A DNA stretch of 63,575 nucleotides, counting the filler, from Diploschistes diacapsis (Eukaryota), in NCBI GenBank assembly GCA_023645945.1. It is 22 parts of 22 records of this genome, joined end to end, with 100 filler letters (N's around TTAATTAATTAA, not from the genome) between each part and the next. Parts side by side here need not be neighbours in the genome. Positions count along the whole stretch, not along the records: positions 1 to 19,256 come from JALAIB010000378.1; positions 19,357 to 38,608 come from JALAIB010000379.1; 20 more parts are not named here. The stretch is one strand, 5' to 3'. Made by a program: the position numbers and the translations under genes. The notes beneath the pieces are model-generated. The model did no database searches, had not been told where the DNA came from, and saw only the letters and a program-made list of their open reading frames with translations. This document shows, piece after piece, positions 12,858 to 24,900 of this stretch (its first letter is position 1; the number at the start of each line of letters is the position of its first letter).

Positions 12858-14670
12858 CTATGCTTTGTACAGTGTGTCGAGAAAACCCTTCGCCAGCTGC
12901 ACCACGATGCTCTTGTCAGGCAAGCTTCCGGCGACCCCATACAGAGCAGCAGCATCACCGCCCGGCGGCCCCTTCTTCCCTTTGCCCTCGGCCACCCGTA
13001 CCCTCTCCTTATCCTTCTCCTCCTCCACCACCGTCACAAGATCGGCAAGCAGCTTGTCCACGGCCGCCACGGTAGGCAGGGTCACCGCAATATGGATTCC
13101 GGGCGGATTCTGCAGGGCGTTCAAATGCCAGCCCTTTGCTGACATGGTATCTGCAATATCATAGATGTTGAGCGTCGTTGATGTAAACGCCACAACGCTA
13201 ACAAGGGGCTTGCCGATCACGGTCAGGTCCGAGCACAGAGCAGGGTTCTCGTGAATAGCCGCTTCAATCTTCTTTGCTGTACCGACGATCTTGTGGCATG
13301 CCTCGACGTAACCGCTCTCCCCTTGCGACATCAAGGACGCCCAGCAGCCAGCAATCAGTGCGCCGGGTCGTGACCCTGCTAGACCGGGTGAGGCGTAGAC
13401 GCCGCCGGTCCAGTTAGCAGAGACGAAGTATTGATACGAGCGAAGGGTAGTGTTGCGATATAGGACTGTGGAGTTGCCCTTTGGCGCAAAGCCATACTTG
13501 TGTGTGTCGCACGAGATACTCGTGACGCCTTTAAGAGAAAAATCGAAGGGTTCCGTGGGGAAGCCGGCGCGAGCGAGGAAAGGAATCATGAAAGAGCCCA
13601 GACAGCAGTCGACATGGAGAGGGAGAGACTTCTTTTGGGCAAGACGGGAGAGGGATGAGATGTCGTCGATGATACCATGCGGAAAGTTTGGGGCTGAGCC
13701 AACGAGGAGAATAGTATTGCTGTTTATGAGGCGGGCAACAGCGCGAACATTGACCTGATATGATGGGGCAGAGCAATCGACTAGATGAACCTTGATCTTG
13801 AAATATTCACCGGCTTTGCGGAAGGCTGTATGAGCTGTCTCGGGCAGAATCCTAAGCTAGTCGTTAGCTCATGACCCTCAAAAGATACGGTGTGTAGCTC
13901 TACATCTCCGGCTCTGTAACCCCTCGCTCATGGAATGCCTTTTGTCGAGCGCTCAGACACGCCAGGAGAATGGATTCAGTACCGCCACTCGTTGTAACGC
14001 CCGCTGCTCCCTGCGGAGCATTGAATATGGAAAGTACCATGGCAACAATTTCAGCCTCCATCTTCCTAACGCCTGGGAAGACATCCGGATGTATAGGGTT
14101 CGAGACACCGAATCTATTGAAGGCGTCCGATTGCAACTTCTGCAAGTCCTGGCCTCCATGATATACAGCGCCACTAACGAAGCCGTCCTCCCATCTGGTA
14201 TGCTCCATCTGCCCCAGCTTCTCAAGCTCTGCAGTCACCTGCGTAACCGACCATCCCTCTTTCGGTAATGTCAAATAGTGGGAGATACCCGGACCCCTGG
14301 GTACTAGCTTCTTCTCTAGCTTCACCATGGACGCATCGATATCTTTCTGGATTTTTGACCGCACCCCCGGGCTCCGAAGGAAGAGCCCCCATCCTACGCG
14401 CCGTACATAGTTGTAGGCGTCAAGGATCGTACCGATTATACCGCGGCCTTTGAGCTGCAGAACAGCTTTGCGCGTCCATCGCAAAAGGAAGAAGAAGAAA
14501 ATTATGTTACGCAGTCTGCATCAAGGTCAGTAACTCCAACAATCACATCGCAATGGGAAGCAGAGAGAGCCGTACAAATATACATTCAAAAAAGCCGCCA
14601 GGTTGCCCTTCTGGAAATCCTTCGCCGCATTCATGCCCGTCAAGCTCACAGATAGCCTTGAAGAGCCCAT
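12858..14670 (-). CDS. DPL1: Sphingosine-1-phosphate lyase (PLP-dependent), 3 exons
   Basis: VSGAVYHGG, SNPIHPDVFPGVRKMEAE, TTSGGTESIL, HVDCCLGSF, SISCDTHKYGFAPKG (PLP lysine), GSRPG; two GT-AG introns give a continuous frame. Confidence 0.95.
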
Positions 14671-14829
14671 GATTGCGCGGGAGAGACGATTTATCATGAC
14701 CTAGAATGTTGCTTCATCGTTGTTACTTTGTACTTGTAGGATTCAAGAAGCGGCTTGACTTCATGCGAGATGAGCGCCACGGTTACATTGTCCCACATGC
14801 CAACACATGGTACCCAAGAAATATAGCAG

Positions 14830-14919
14830 CACCAAGGGGTGTCAAAAGTCCGCGGACATATATAATCGTATAATAATGTTCGCTAACGAATGTCCACGGA
14901 CTTCTGACATCCCCTGGTG
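14830..14919. mobile_element. 90-bp MITE-like element with 30-bp TIRs (CACCA...TGGTG) and 4-bp flanking direct repeat GCAG
   Basis: Arms 14830-14859 and 14890-14919 match 26/30 as inverted repeats, all mismatches transitions; GCAG at 14826-14829 and 14920-14923. Confidence 0.6.
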
Positions 14920-15434
14920 GCAGGCTCCTTTCTACAGAACGATGGCACCGCACTGACCATGCATATCGGCACTGATATCCATTTGCGCCTTTTGTTGTCT
15001 ATATGCTGCAGATCAAGTGCCCTTCACCGTCATGCACGGCCTACGCCTTCCTTAGGTAACTAGCATAGGATCCCAATAAGGTGCAGTCCTCCACGTCTTA
15101 TTCTTCATCCATGGTCGAGCCGACAGACTCGAGTCGTCAGACTATTCAAGAGCGCGCCCTCTCCCACCTCTACCTTAAGCTTACAGTCTGCTCGCAAGCT
15201 TGAGTTCCAGAGCTGTAGGAAAAACAATGTTTCCTAGTCCCAGCTCAAGTGTGTATCTCGAGCAGTGTTCCATCCCCATAGCTCTGTTCGTAAGCGTAAC
15301 AACATTTCTTCAACTTCAAATGTCTTGACGTGCCCGGTGTGACATTTATGGAGTGTTCATGATTCCTCCATGGGCCGTGGGTTTAGCTCACTTCGGACGT
15401 TGAATCCAAATTGATCGACATGATATAGATAGCA

Positions 15435-15710
15435 TTAATAGACCTCGGACTGCTGAGATATTGGCTTTTCAACGTAATAGCCTGGGTCTGGCCTTCTCAT
15501 TGCCCGCATCTCTTGTTGAGTCAAAGACTTCTCGACCTCGGATACCGCAACTAGCTCCTTTACTTTCATAATGTGACCAGCAATATCCGGCGTCACTGGG
15601 TGGAACACTGTCTTCATTCGTTTGCGCAGACCCAAAGCCGCAAGCACTCCTTGTGTCCTGCGGGGCAGTCCAATGGAGGAGCGGATCAATGTGATTTTGA
15701 AGAAAGTCAT
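15435..15710 (-). CDS. MRPL33: Mitochondrial large-subunit ribosomal protein uL30m (L33)
   Basis: [16 protein letters not shown]...[29 protein letters not shown]...[10 protein letters not shown]. Confidence 0.93.
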   Translation of the reverse strand: MTFFKITLIRSSIGLPRRTQGVLAALGLRKRMKTVFHPVTPDIAGHIMKVKELVAVSEVEKSLTQQEMRAMRRPDPGYYVEKPISQQSEVY

Positions 15711-16056
15711 GCCGATTCGCGCTACTGTCGCTAGTTGAGTAGTGAATCTATAAAGGCCAGTGAGCTGTGATAATCGTTGAGAGAAAGACCATAACTAACC
15801 AGGAGCCGGATCAATGCCGTGAACGACGAGTCGGAGTCGTCGTGATGGACGTATCACTACGATGCAAGTTGGGGTATGTTTGATGTTGGAGAAACAAAAT
15901 TTACAAAAGAAGCTCGTTGGTTGGTTCACAGTTCAAGGTGGCCCGTGCACAGTCAGCAACCAAAGCATGGCCACATTTCTCTATAATATCTACGCTGTAT
16001 AAGCCCTTAAGTCATTTTAGAGATGGAATAGCACTCTCGTTTACTCTGCCACAGGC
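15711..16056. promoter_or_regulatory. Compact bidirectional promoter region between MRPL33 and SEC6
   Basis: 346 bp between divergent start codons; TATA-like CTATAAAGG and CTATAATAT present. Confidence 0.4.
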
Positions 16057-18336
16057 ATGACAGAACTCGATACTTTTACCGTAAAGCTCGCCGAGCTTCT
16101 GCGAGCTCCAGATGACCTGGACAAGATTCCCGCCTTGAAGGCGGAGTTCACCAGGAAAAAGGCGGCAGTGGACAGCCAGCTGAAGGCCGGGCTGAAGGAG
16201 CAACTGGAGGTGACACAGTCGGGCATGGCAGCAATCAATGAGAGCCAGCGCATCGTCAACCAGATCAAGGAGGAGATGATGAAGATCGACAAGCTATGCG
16301 CCGAGTCGCAGAACATGATCCGGGAATTCCCAAACATCAACGAGATCTCTACGATACATCGCAATATCTCGCAGGTCGAGACGATGAAGGAGAACATTGA
16401 CAGCTTTCACGAAAAGCTCCAGCAGGTGCGGGATGCATTGGATGAGGACTCGACGGCAATGGAGGAGCAGCCCAATTTACTTAAGGCGCATTACGACCTC
16501 ACGAAGTTACGAGAGATTCGGGACGAAGCCATGGATCAGATAAAGCAGTCGTCCGACGACTCGTTAGAGGACAATCTACAGTACCATTTCCGCCAGTTAG
16601 ACAATGTTATAGATATCTTTGATGCGCACATTGGCGACACGTGCATGCGTCTCATACCTTTAATACAGGACGACAACAAGAGTCTGGTGGTGCGGCTAGC
16701 GCTGATCATAGAAGAGGAGGAGAAGAATGATTTGAAGGTCAGGGCTATGCAGGATGCGCAGAAAGAGCATAAAGCCCTGGCTTCACGCTTCAAGTCCATG
16801 AAATCGGGCCCGAAACAAGTAAGAGGTTACAAGGAGAAGTTCCTCGAATCTATCGAGCTCTGCGCTCAGCAGAGGTTTGGAGAGTCAGAGGAGGACTTCT
16901 TAGATAACCCCGACAAGTTGGAGAAGAGCCTGAGGTGGTACTTCAACGACCTAGTCGCCGTCAAAGAGGGCATGGTCGGCCTGATGCCGAAGAAATGGAA
17001 AATCTACCGCACATACACCTCCATCTACCACAGAACCATGCACGACTGGCTGATCAAGATCGTCGACGACGACAATACTTCGTCCCTGCACGTCCTGGCC
17101 ATCATCCACTGGCGCGAGAAATACTACCAAAAAATGGGCAAGCTAGGCTGGAGCTCCGCCGACCTCCAACCGGACCTCCTCGACGACCGCGAGGGCGAGC
17201 TCGTGCGCGACTGGCGCCAACTCATCGTCAACAAAGTTGACGAATGGATGGGCCTCATGTTCACGGCCGACAAAGCCAACTTCCTCGCGCGCGCGGAAGA
17301 CGCGCTGGAAAAGGACTCGCAGGGCTACTTCCGTACCAAGACCCTCCCGGACATGTGGCGCATGCTACGCGAGCAGCTTACCGTCGCCGCGGACTCCAAG
17401 CGGTCCGACGTGACCGAGGGGGTGCTGGACGAGATGTTCCGCGCACTGAAACGGCGGCAAGCCTCCTGGACGCGGCTCGTGACCGACGAAGCGGAAAAGT
17501 ACACGCGACCCACCACCACCGCCAACCCCCCCGACACAGAGGGCTTCAACACGCTGCAAGACTGGCTCATCGCCATCGCCAACGACCAAATCTCCTGCAT
17601 CGACGACCACTCCGACTCCCACTCCGGCGCCCCCTCGCTCTCCTACCTGACCCGCTTCAAGCAGGACTTCACCGCCCTCGTCCCCGCCGCGTACGCGCAG
17701 AACTCCCACCTCGAGCTCTCCGCCATCAGCGACGGCTACGTCGACCTGAGCACGCACTGCATCACGACCTTCACCGCGCTGATCTTCGCCCTCGACCTGC
17801 GCAGCACGCTGCTCGACTTCTTCACGCCCAAGTGGTACACGGAGTTCGGCATGAAGCGGATAACCTCCACCTTCGACGACTACGCGTCCGACTACGCGGA
17901 CCTGCTGCACCGCTCCCTGCTCGACATTCTGCTGGAGGAGCTCTCCGACACGCTGCTGGCCCGCTACCTGCTGTCCGTGCGCAACCGCTCCGCCAAGTTC
18001 CGCCGCCAGGACCCGTTCACGGACAAGATCGCCGACGACGTGCGCACCGCCTGGGCCTTCTTCGAGAAGTACCCCGGCGTGGAGATGGCGGCGGTCAAGA
18101 GCAAGTGGCGCGCCGTGCACCACATGGTGCGGCTGCTGGAGGCGGACAAGGGCGCGGTCGCGGCCGCGTACGAGGCCTGCAAGCGGGAGTTCTGGGACGT
18201 GCAGCTGAGCTGGGTGGAGGGCGTGCTGAGGTGTCGGGACGACTACGAGAGGGGCATGCTCAGCGCGGTTAAGGCGAGGGCGGCGGAGGTTTACGTGGAG
18301 AGGGGGGTCGAGACGGTGATGAGTAGGGTCAAGTAG
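16057..18336 (+). CDS. SEC6: Exocyst complex component Sec6
   Basis: 759-aa single ORF; N-terminus VKLAELLRAPDDLDKIPALKAEFTRKKAAVDSQL; FRTKTLPDMWRML; WLIAIANDQI; C-terminus VYVERGVETVMSRVK. Confidence 0.95.
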   Translation: MTELDTFTVKLAELLRAPDDLDKIPALKAEFTRKKAAVDSQLKAGLKEQLEVTQSGMAAINESQRIVNQIKEEMMKIDKLCAESQNMIREFPNINEISTIHRNISQVETMKENIDSFHEKLQQVRDALDEDSTAMEEQPNLLKAHYDLTKLREIRDEAMDQIKQSSDDSLEDNLQYHFRQLDNVIDIFDAHIGDTCMRLIPLIQDDNKSLVVRLALIIEEEEKNDLKVRAMQDAQKEHKALASRFKSMKSGPKQVRGYKEKFLESIELCAQQRFGESEEDFLDNPDKLEKSLRWYFNDLVAVKEGMVGLMPKKWKIYRTYTSIYHRTMHDWLIKIVDDDNTSSLHVLAIIHWREKYYQKMGKLGWSSADLQPDLLDDREGELVRDWRQLIVNKVDEWMGLMFTADKANFLARAEDALEKDSQGYFRTKTLPDMWRMLREQLTVAADSKRSDVTEGVLDEMFRALKRRQASWTRLVTDEAEKYTRPTTTANPPDTEGFNTLQDWLIAIANDQISCIDDHSDSHSGAPSLSYLTRFKQDFTALVPAAYAQNSHLELSAISDGYVDLSTHCITTFTALIFALDLRSTLLDFFTPKWYTEFGMKRITSTFDDYASDYADLLHRSLLDILLEELSDTLLARYLLSVRNRSAKFRRQDPFTDKIADDVRTAWAFFEKYPGVEMAAVKSKWRAVHHMVRLLEADKGAVAAAYEACKREFWDVQLSWVEGVLRCRDDYERGMLSAVKARAAEVYVERGVETVMSRVK

Positions 18337-19256
18337 GTGAGGGGAGGGGGAGGGGGAGGTAACTAGGGAGCATTTTTATTCGGGCGTGCGAAGAAGACTC
18401 GTGTGTCTGTCTGTCTGTATGTTCTCGTAGCACACAGCACGGAACGGAATTCCGGCGCATAGCGAGGCCCAGGGAAAAAGGGGACCGATAGGAGTTTCGA
18501 AGAGGTTTTTGGTTTGCAGCGCTTCTTTCCGGGGTGGAGTTGCTATTATACCCTCGAACGATATTGCTTTTCACCATCTATTTTTCTTGTTCTTTCGTTC
18601 CGTTCCGTTCCGTTTTGTTTCTTCTTCATTGTGCGTGAAATGTGGTGGCTTTGTTGTAAGCTACTTTCTCAAACCCTGTTCGAGATGAATCCATCGCTAG
18701 TGAAGGTGCAATGCAGTGCCCGTGAGGCTTTGTTCGAGGAGTAAGAAGCAGGATGTTAAAAAGTTAAAGTGCAATGGCAAGCAAGCCCTTTGCTCAGTCA
18801 GAGCCGGATAGCCTATTTTTGGCTCTTTGAAGTACCCGGTTAACCGGCGCGTGGAAACATGGCTTTGCTAAACTTAACGAGGACCTGTTGATGGGGCTGC
18901 AGAAAAGCCCGGGCAGTGCATGTACCCTTCCCCCGCCACACAAGTGTGAATGATATAGCTCGTTTATCGTAAGTATTCTCCTGGCAGTACCCTTGTCAAC
19001 TAATCTACCGACCTCCGTCGTTCCATCACCTCCCGACTCTCCGAGCGACAACTCCCCTTCCCCTAGCCCTTCCGCCTCCGATTCCGCCCCTCGCCCTCTG
19101 CTTTGCAACCTTGAACCTGCCTCCCTTCATCCCTCCTCCTCCTCCTCCTACACCTCCTCCAGCCCCATTCCCACTTATTTTCTTACTCCCATCAAGGCCC
19201 TTCCTCGCTGGCATTCCTCCCCTCCCACTCCCACTCCCGCTTCTCGCTCCCCTGCC

Positions 19257-19356
19257 NNNNNNNNNNNNNNNNNNNNNNNNNNNNNNNNNNNNNNNNNNNN
19301 TTAATTAATTAANNNNNNNNNNNNNNNNNNNNNNNNNNNNNNNNNNNNNNNNNNNN
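19257..19356. other. Artificial contig linker (N-run, TTAATTAATTAA, N-run); repeated at 38609, 39861, 41112, 42363, 43613, 44863, 46113, 47363, 48613, 49862, 51110, 52358, 53606, 54853, 56100, 57347, 58593, 59839, 61085, 62331
   Basis: Same ~100-nt spacer with stop codons in all six frames, 21 occurrences. Confidence 0.98.
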
Positions 19357-19587
19357 TCCCCCCCCTCTTTTTTTTTTTTTGCTCTGGCACCGTTCGCTGT
19401 GGAAGATAGATGAAACTTTGTAAACTGGGTGCTGGTTGATTCTTTGCCTTCCCTTTCTTCCCCCCCCCCTTTCGATGACCATCCACACGCTCTCTTCCCT
19501 TCGTCGGTACACCTTCTACTACTCTCCCCGCCCTCCCCCTACCTACCAAACACCCTTTCTCCTCCCAAAGAACCTGCCCAACCCAGC

Positions 19588-21318
19588 TCAACTCATCGGC
19601 TCCTCAGCCGCGTAGTGCAAGTAAGCGCCCAGCAGCTTGATGCCCTCGATGTAGTTGCTGCGGTCGAGCTTCTCGTTGATCGAGTGCGCCGCATCGGTCG
19701 AGGAGCCCATGGGCAGGAGGAGGACGTTCTTGCCCGTCGCCTGCTCGAAGGTGATGGTAATCGGAATGCTAGCAAAGAGTCATCTCGGGCGGTCCCAGAT
19801 CAAGGGAAAGAAAAAGGAGGAAAGATGAAAAAGAAAAAGTGAGAGGGAAAACGGAGGAGACCGACCTTCCGCCCTCGCGCGTAAAGTCCGGCTTGACCTT
19901 GAACACGCTCTCCACCGCCTTGCTCGCGGCCGCGAAGTTCCAGTGCTGCGGGCTCGCCACCCACCAGGGCCCCGCGTGCATCAGCTCGACGTCCATCGTG
20001 TTCTTGCTGCCCAGGCCGTCGAACACCTTCCTCACATGCTCGAACACCCTCTGGTCCACCCTGTCGCTCTCCATGTTCGGCACCGTGCGGATGCTGAATT
20101 TGCCCACCACCTTGGCCGGAATCACCGTCTTCGCGCCGCTGCCCGAGAAGCCGCCCTCGATGCCGTGCACGCTGAGGCTCGGGTACCGCCAGCGCGCCAT
20201 CAGCGTGCTCTCCTTGTCGTCGAAGATGCTGGTCCTGCTGCCCAGGCTCTCGTACAGGTTGTCCATGCTGTACGCGATGCTCGGGTACAGCTTCTTCTCC
20301 TCCTCCGTCACCGGCGCCACCATCTCCTGCAGGCCGGGGATCTGGATCCTGCCGTGCGTGTCCACCAGGCTGCCCAGCACGCGCACCAGGTCCGTCATGG
20401 GCTCCTGCGCGGACCCGCCGAAGACGCCGCTGTGCAGGTCCTGGCCCGGGCCGGAGACGGTGACGGCGTAGTAGTTGCAGCCGCGCAGCCCGTACGTCAG
20501 ACACGGCTTCTCCGTGCCCAGCCAGTAGTTGTCGCTGATGCACACGGCGTCGACGTGCTCGTAGAAGCCGCCGGCCTTGCACTCGGCGTGGATGAAGTCC
20601 TCCAGCCCCTCGCTGCCGTACTCCTCCATGCCCTCGAAGCACATCAGCAGGTTCACCGGCAGCTCCACCCCGGCCTCCCTGTGTGCCTGTATCGCGTTCA
20701 GCCAGCCCAGCACGGGCCCCTTGTCGTCCGTCGCACCGCGGCCGAACATGCGCCCCTTTTCGTCGATCGTCAGGTCGAAGGGCTGGCTCGCCCAGCCGTC
20801 TTCCTTGGCGGCCGGCTGCACGTCGTAGTGGCCGTAGACGAGGACCGTGCGTTTATCGGGCGAGGAGCCGTAGCGGGCGGTGATGACGGGTGGGAGCTCG
20901 AGCTCGGGTTTGCCGGGTTGGGGGCCCAAGGGGCGGGCACGGACTTCGGCGCCGAGGGCTTGGAGCTCGGAGACCAGGAATTGGCCCATCTGGGAGGATA
21001 CTAGTCAGTACGGAAGGTCTATCTTAAGAGGAGAAGGGACGGGAAGCGAACAGGTAAGAATTAATGGAGGCGCGTACCTTGACGACATCCGGGCGGCGTT
21101 CTGGCTCGGCTGAGATGGAGGGTATGGCGACTGCTTTGCGGAGACCTGAAGGGACTGGAATTAGCACGAGGAGCTCATTATAAACATATTAGGAGCATAC
21201 GCTCGATGAACGCTTCCGAAAGCTTGTCAACCCTGCAGAAAGACGTCAGTTCCCGCCACTTCCCTACTTTATGCATATAGACGTACTGCTTGAAGTAGGA
21301 GTCCAATTGAGGAGCCAT
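19588..21318 (-). CDS. DUG1: Cys-Gly metallodipeptidase (M20 family, CNDP2/Dug1), 5 exons; optional upstream ATG at 21471
   Basis: [68 protein letters not shown]; four GT-AG introns. Confidence 0.95.
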
Positions 21319-21937
21319 GGTTGCAAATCGTTGGGTCTGATATACACAGGGCGTTTGGAAGGCAGGCTTTCTGGAGCTGGTGATTAGCAGGCGATTGAAT
21401 GACTTTGAAGCCGTCGTTTTTGTATGCACAATTCTGGAGACGCCCCAATAGAGGGGCTGTACGCGGGGCATCCTCCTCCTGGTGAACGCTGAGTGCGGTT
21501 GGGCCGCGGTTCAGCATTTGAAGGGAAAATAAGAACTTCAGAGCCCAGATCGGCAGGTAGAGCGAATCTCCTATTCCTTTCGGAATTAGCAGCCACTGGA
21601 GCAAGCTAAAGTAAACGAACAGCTAAAGAAAGATGCTCATCAATCCATATATCTAGTCTACGGACACTGCTAATATCGCTTTTGTACGACTCCAGCCAAC
21701 CCTACTCCATCCCACCTTGCCATGCAATGCGATGCGATGCTATACTATGCTGCGCTCCTATACTCATTCGCGTCTGTCTCTACGTGGTCATGTCATATCC
21801 TCATTCATGATACTCATCGTTTCCAGCCCGCACCCTCGTAATAACGCGAGTCTAGACGCACCTCTGTGTGCCCTTGAGCCAGGTGTGTCAGGAGATCTCT
21901 TCCCGCCACACCTCGCTCTTCAAGGAAGCCACGGCGG

Positions 21938-24900
21938 CTACTTCCCCTTCTTCTTTCCTTTCTCCGATGCGCTGCGTTTTCCCTTGTTCCTCTTGGTCAG
22001 TGTCCCTCTCTTCCCTTCCCCATCTGATCTCCCTGCCTCCGACGCTCCTGAGCCCGCACCCGTCCCTCCCTTTCCTCTCTCTTTCTGCCCGTCCTTATCC
22101 TTATCTTTCTTCCGAAATCCCCACACGTCAGCCAACCTTCTGCCATCTCTCGGACTGGTGGGACTCTTCTCGTCCTCTGTCTCTTTAGCTGCTGCAGCAA
22201 TTTCGTCCCCCAAGCTTCCACTTTCAACATCCAAACTTCGGACGGATGTCTTGATACTTCCTACATGCCTTGGGCTTGCCAAAGGCCCTCTGATGTCACT
22301 GAGATGCCCTAGCGAGTCGCTATCGTCCAAGAACTCTGGTGCATTGGCTTCTCCGGTGCCACTTCTGGCTTCGTCGCCATCGCAGCTTATTGCCTGCGAA
22401 GGAAAGCGCTCGCCCGTTCCAGGATCCCAGAGACCGGACGCGTACGCTGAGGCTGATCGAGGCGGAGGAGGTGCTAGAGGCGAGGATTGGCCCGTTAGAG
22501 TGTCGCGCTGGAAGGGCGATTGTGCGCGGTAAGGCGAGGGGACGGTGCTGGAGTTTTGATGTGAGGAGAGGCTTACAAAGCTGTTGTTCCGAGTATTGAC
22601 GGGGCTGGGTCTGAAGCCGCGGGCTCCTCGCGTTGAAGCAGCCACTGGGCCCGAGGTGCTGCTGGATGGTGAGGCTTCTTTAGCTGTGGAGGAAGGCTCA
22701 AAATCGTAGTCGGCGAAATCGGTCACTCTTGTTTGGCGGTCAAAGTTCTCCAAGATTTCGGCCCAGTTTGCTTGTAAATCGCTAGTGGGGCGGTCTGCTT
22801 GCATTGCCTTGTTGACAATGTCGCGCGTTCGTTTCCGTAAAGCCAGGCACAGACTATTGAAGGTTGACAACTCTTCGCTGTCGTTAACGTCAGACTTTCC
22901 CGAAGTAGCTTCGATCCAAAGATTCGTCAAGGTCGCCAGTTCGCGGGTTTGGTCGATAAGATACGGGAGAGATGGGAACCCTTCTTTTGAAGTTTGTGGC
23001 AGTCGCGAGAAGATCGTTATGGGCGTAGTGTAAGAAGGCGGGATCCGTGATAGATTCTGGTCCGTTGGGATGGCGCAGATTGCGTCTATGTAAGCTTTAA
23101 ACCCTGATCGGTGTGTGTTAATGAACGTATTCATAGGCTCCATCCAAGGCTCCTTGCTACCAAAAGTGGAGAGGTTAGCCAGGCATTGTAGAGACTTTGC
23201 AATGAGCGTTAGCGTTCGGATTGCCCGTGGGCGTGGATGATCTGCTTAACATAAGCGACTTCGCGGCTTGGAACCTGATGTCTTGCCTTACCTTTAAGTA
23301 GCCCGAACAGCTTCGGGTTGAGGACGGCGGGACAGAGGAACCGCAGGAATAAGAACCCAGAGACACTACTGTAGCTGACAGTTCTCAGGAAGTCTCCATA
23401 TCGGTCCTCTGCGCATGATCTTATGTGTCTGAATATACCTCGAAGCTCTGGTGGACAGCGATTGGGAGACGACTTGATCGACATCCATATGCCTTCGGTC
23501 AACGCAATTAGATTCCTCCAGTTGCGCAGCAAATCTTCCTTGTTTCGTATCCGGTTAGGATCAACCTCACAGTCGGGATCACTCTCGTCAATGTCTCGAA
23601 TTCTCTCGCCCAGAGTCTCCTCGAGATATTCCTTGCCTAGCCTCCTCATATGAAAATCTAACGACTTCGTAAGTAGCGAGTTGCCGCGGAACAAGAGGTT
23701 TGCTTCCTGGGTCGCGTTCTTGCCCATGTCTCGCAGGAACATCTCGCGCTCAACGACAGAGTCGTAGGAGTCATTTGACGCTATGCGCCTACTGTAACGG
23801 TATCTGGGTGCAGGTAGGTCCTTGTGGACGCCGTCTATTTCTTCTTCAATCAGCGACGTTATCCAGTCTCCGGCGCGACCTGAATACTGAAAGATGTTCA
23901 ATAAAGTCTCGTGCAGCCTGCGCCCATCTCCTGGATAAGCGGATGCGATCTGCTGCGTTAGGCCATTGGAAAAGGAATGAATAAGATCTGAAACCGGCTC
24001 ATAGTGCCTTGACATCAGTACGACGATCTCATCCACGCGAACCTTCATAAGAATACCTCCTACAAGCTCTTTAGACTCATTGGCAAGAGGCCACCACTGC
24101 TCGTAATCACGGTTTCTGTCCATTTCCTCCGTTTCGATGTTGACAGTACCAACGATAACATCCAACGGCGCGGCTTGAATATCAGCTACTTTCCCCAAGT
24201 TATCGACGTCGCCGTTGTTGTACTCGAAATGATCATCCGAAAACGAGATCCAGTCCTTTTGACCAAGACCTCGAGACTTTAAAGCAACGGCGGCGCTGGA
24301 CAAGGCAGGGGGTAAGTCAATGAACTCATAATCTTCCCGCCAGAACGGGTTGCTAGTGCCTGGCTTTGTTGCGCTTCTGCCTCGCACCTCACCGTCTAAC
24401 AGGACCTCGGCGTGATAATCTCCGTTAGTCCAATCATGGTTTGTTGGGCTCTTTAGCTTGTCAGACTTCTTTGTAGAGTGCGTCGCAGCTTCAGGTGAAT
24501 GGATTTTGGCTTCTATAATCCGAAGTGAAAGAAGCTTTTCAACCCGGAACAAGTTTTCGAAATCATAGATCTGCTGCTTTTCAGCAACACTCAGATCTAC
24601 AGAAGCGCGCAATGAAGGTTGCTCGGGCCCATAGAGCTCGGGAACCGCGAACGCCCGTAGCAGCACGAACCATACTTCAAAGAGCACCCTTGACTCTAAC
24701 GATAGGTATATCGGTTGCTTTGTGTCAATTATATCTGCAGAAGCGGCACCGTACTGGGGGTATATCGCAATACAGAACTCATCTTCTAGCACCGTTGGAT
24801 GGAGCCGTTGAATAGCACTTCTGGTGAGGGAAGACAAAGGAAGTATGTGAAGGAGTGAGGTATCAGATTCCAGATAGAGCTTGAGCAACCCATTTTCTTG

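Noticed and set aside
17244..18272. Long overlapping and antisense ORFs within SEC6 (likewise in DUG1 19800-21004 and ETR1 43738-44918)
   Set aside because: Expected by-product of extreme GC3; Arg/Pro/Gly-rich translations with no motifs
18794..19256. Ser/Pro-rich ORFs at the end of contig 1
   Set aside because: Low-complexity C/T tract with no convincing ATG or motif; cannot be supported as a CDS
19301..19312. Recurrent TTAATTAATTAA motif as a biological repeat or recombination site
   Set aside because: Always centred in N-runs; a six-frame-stop assembly spacer
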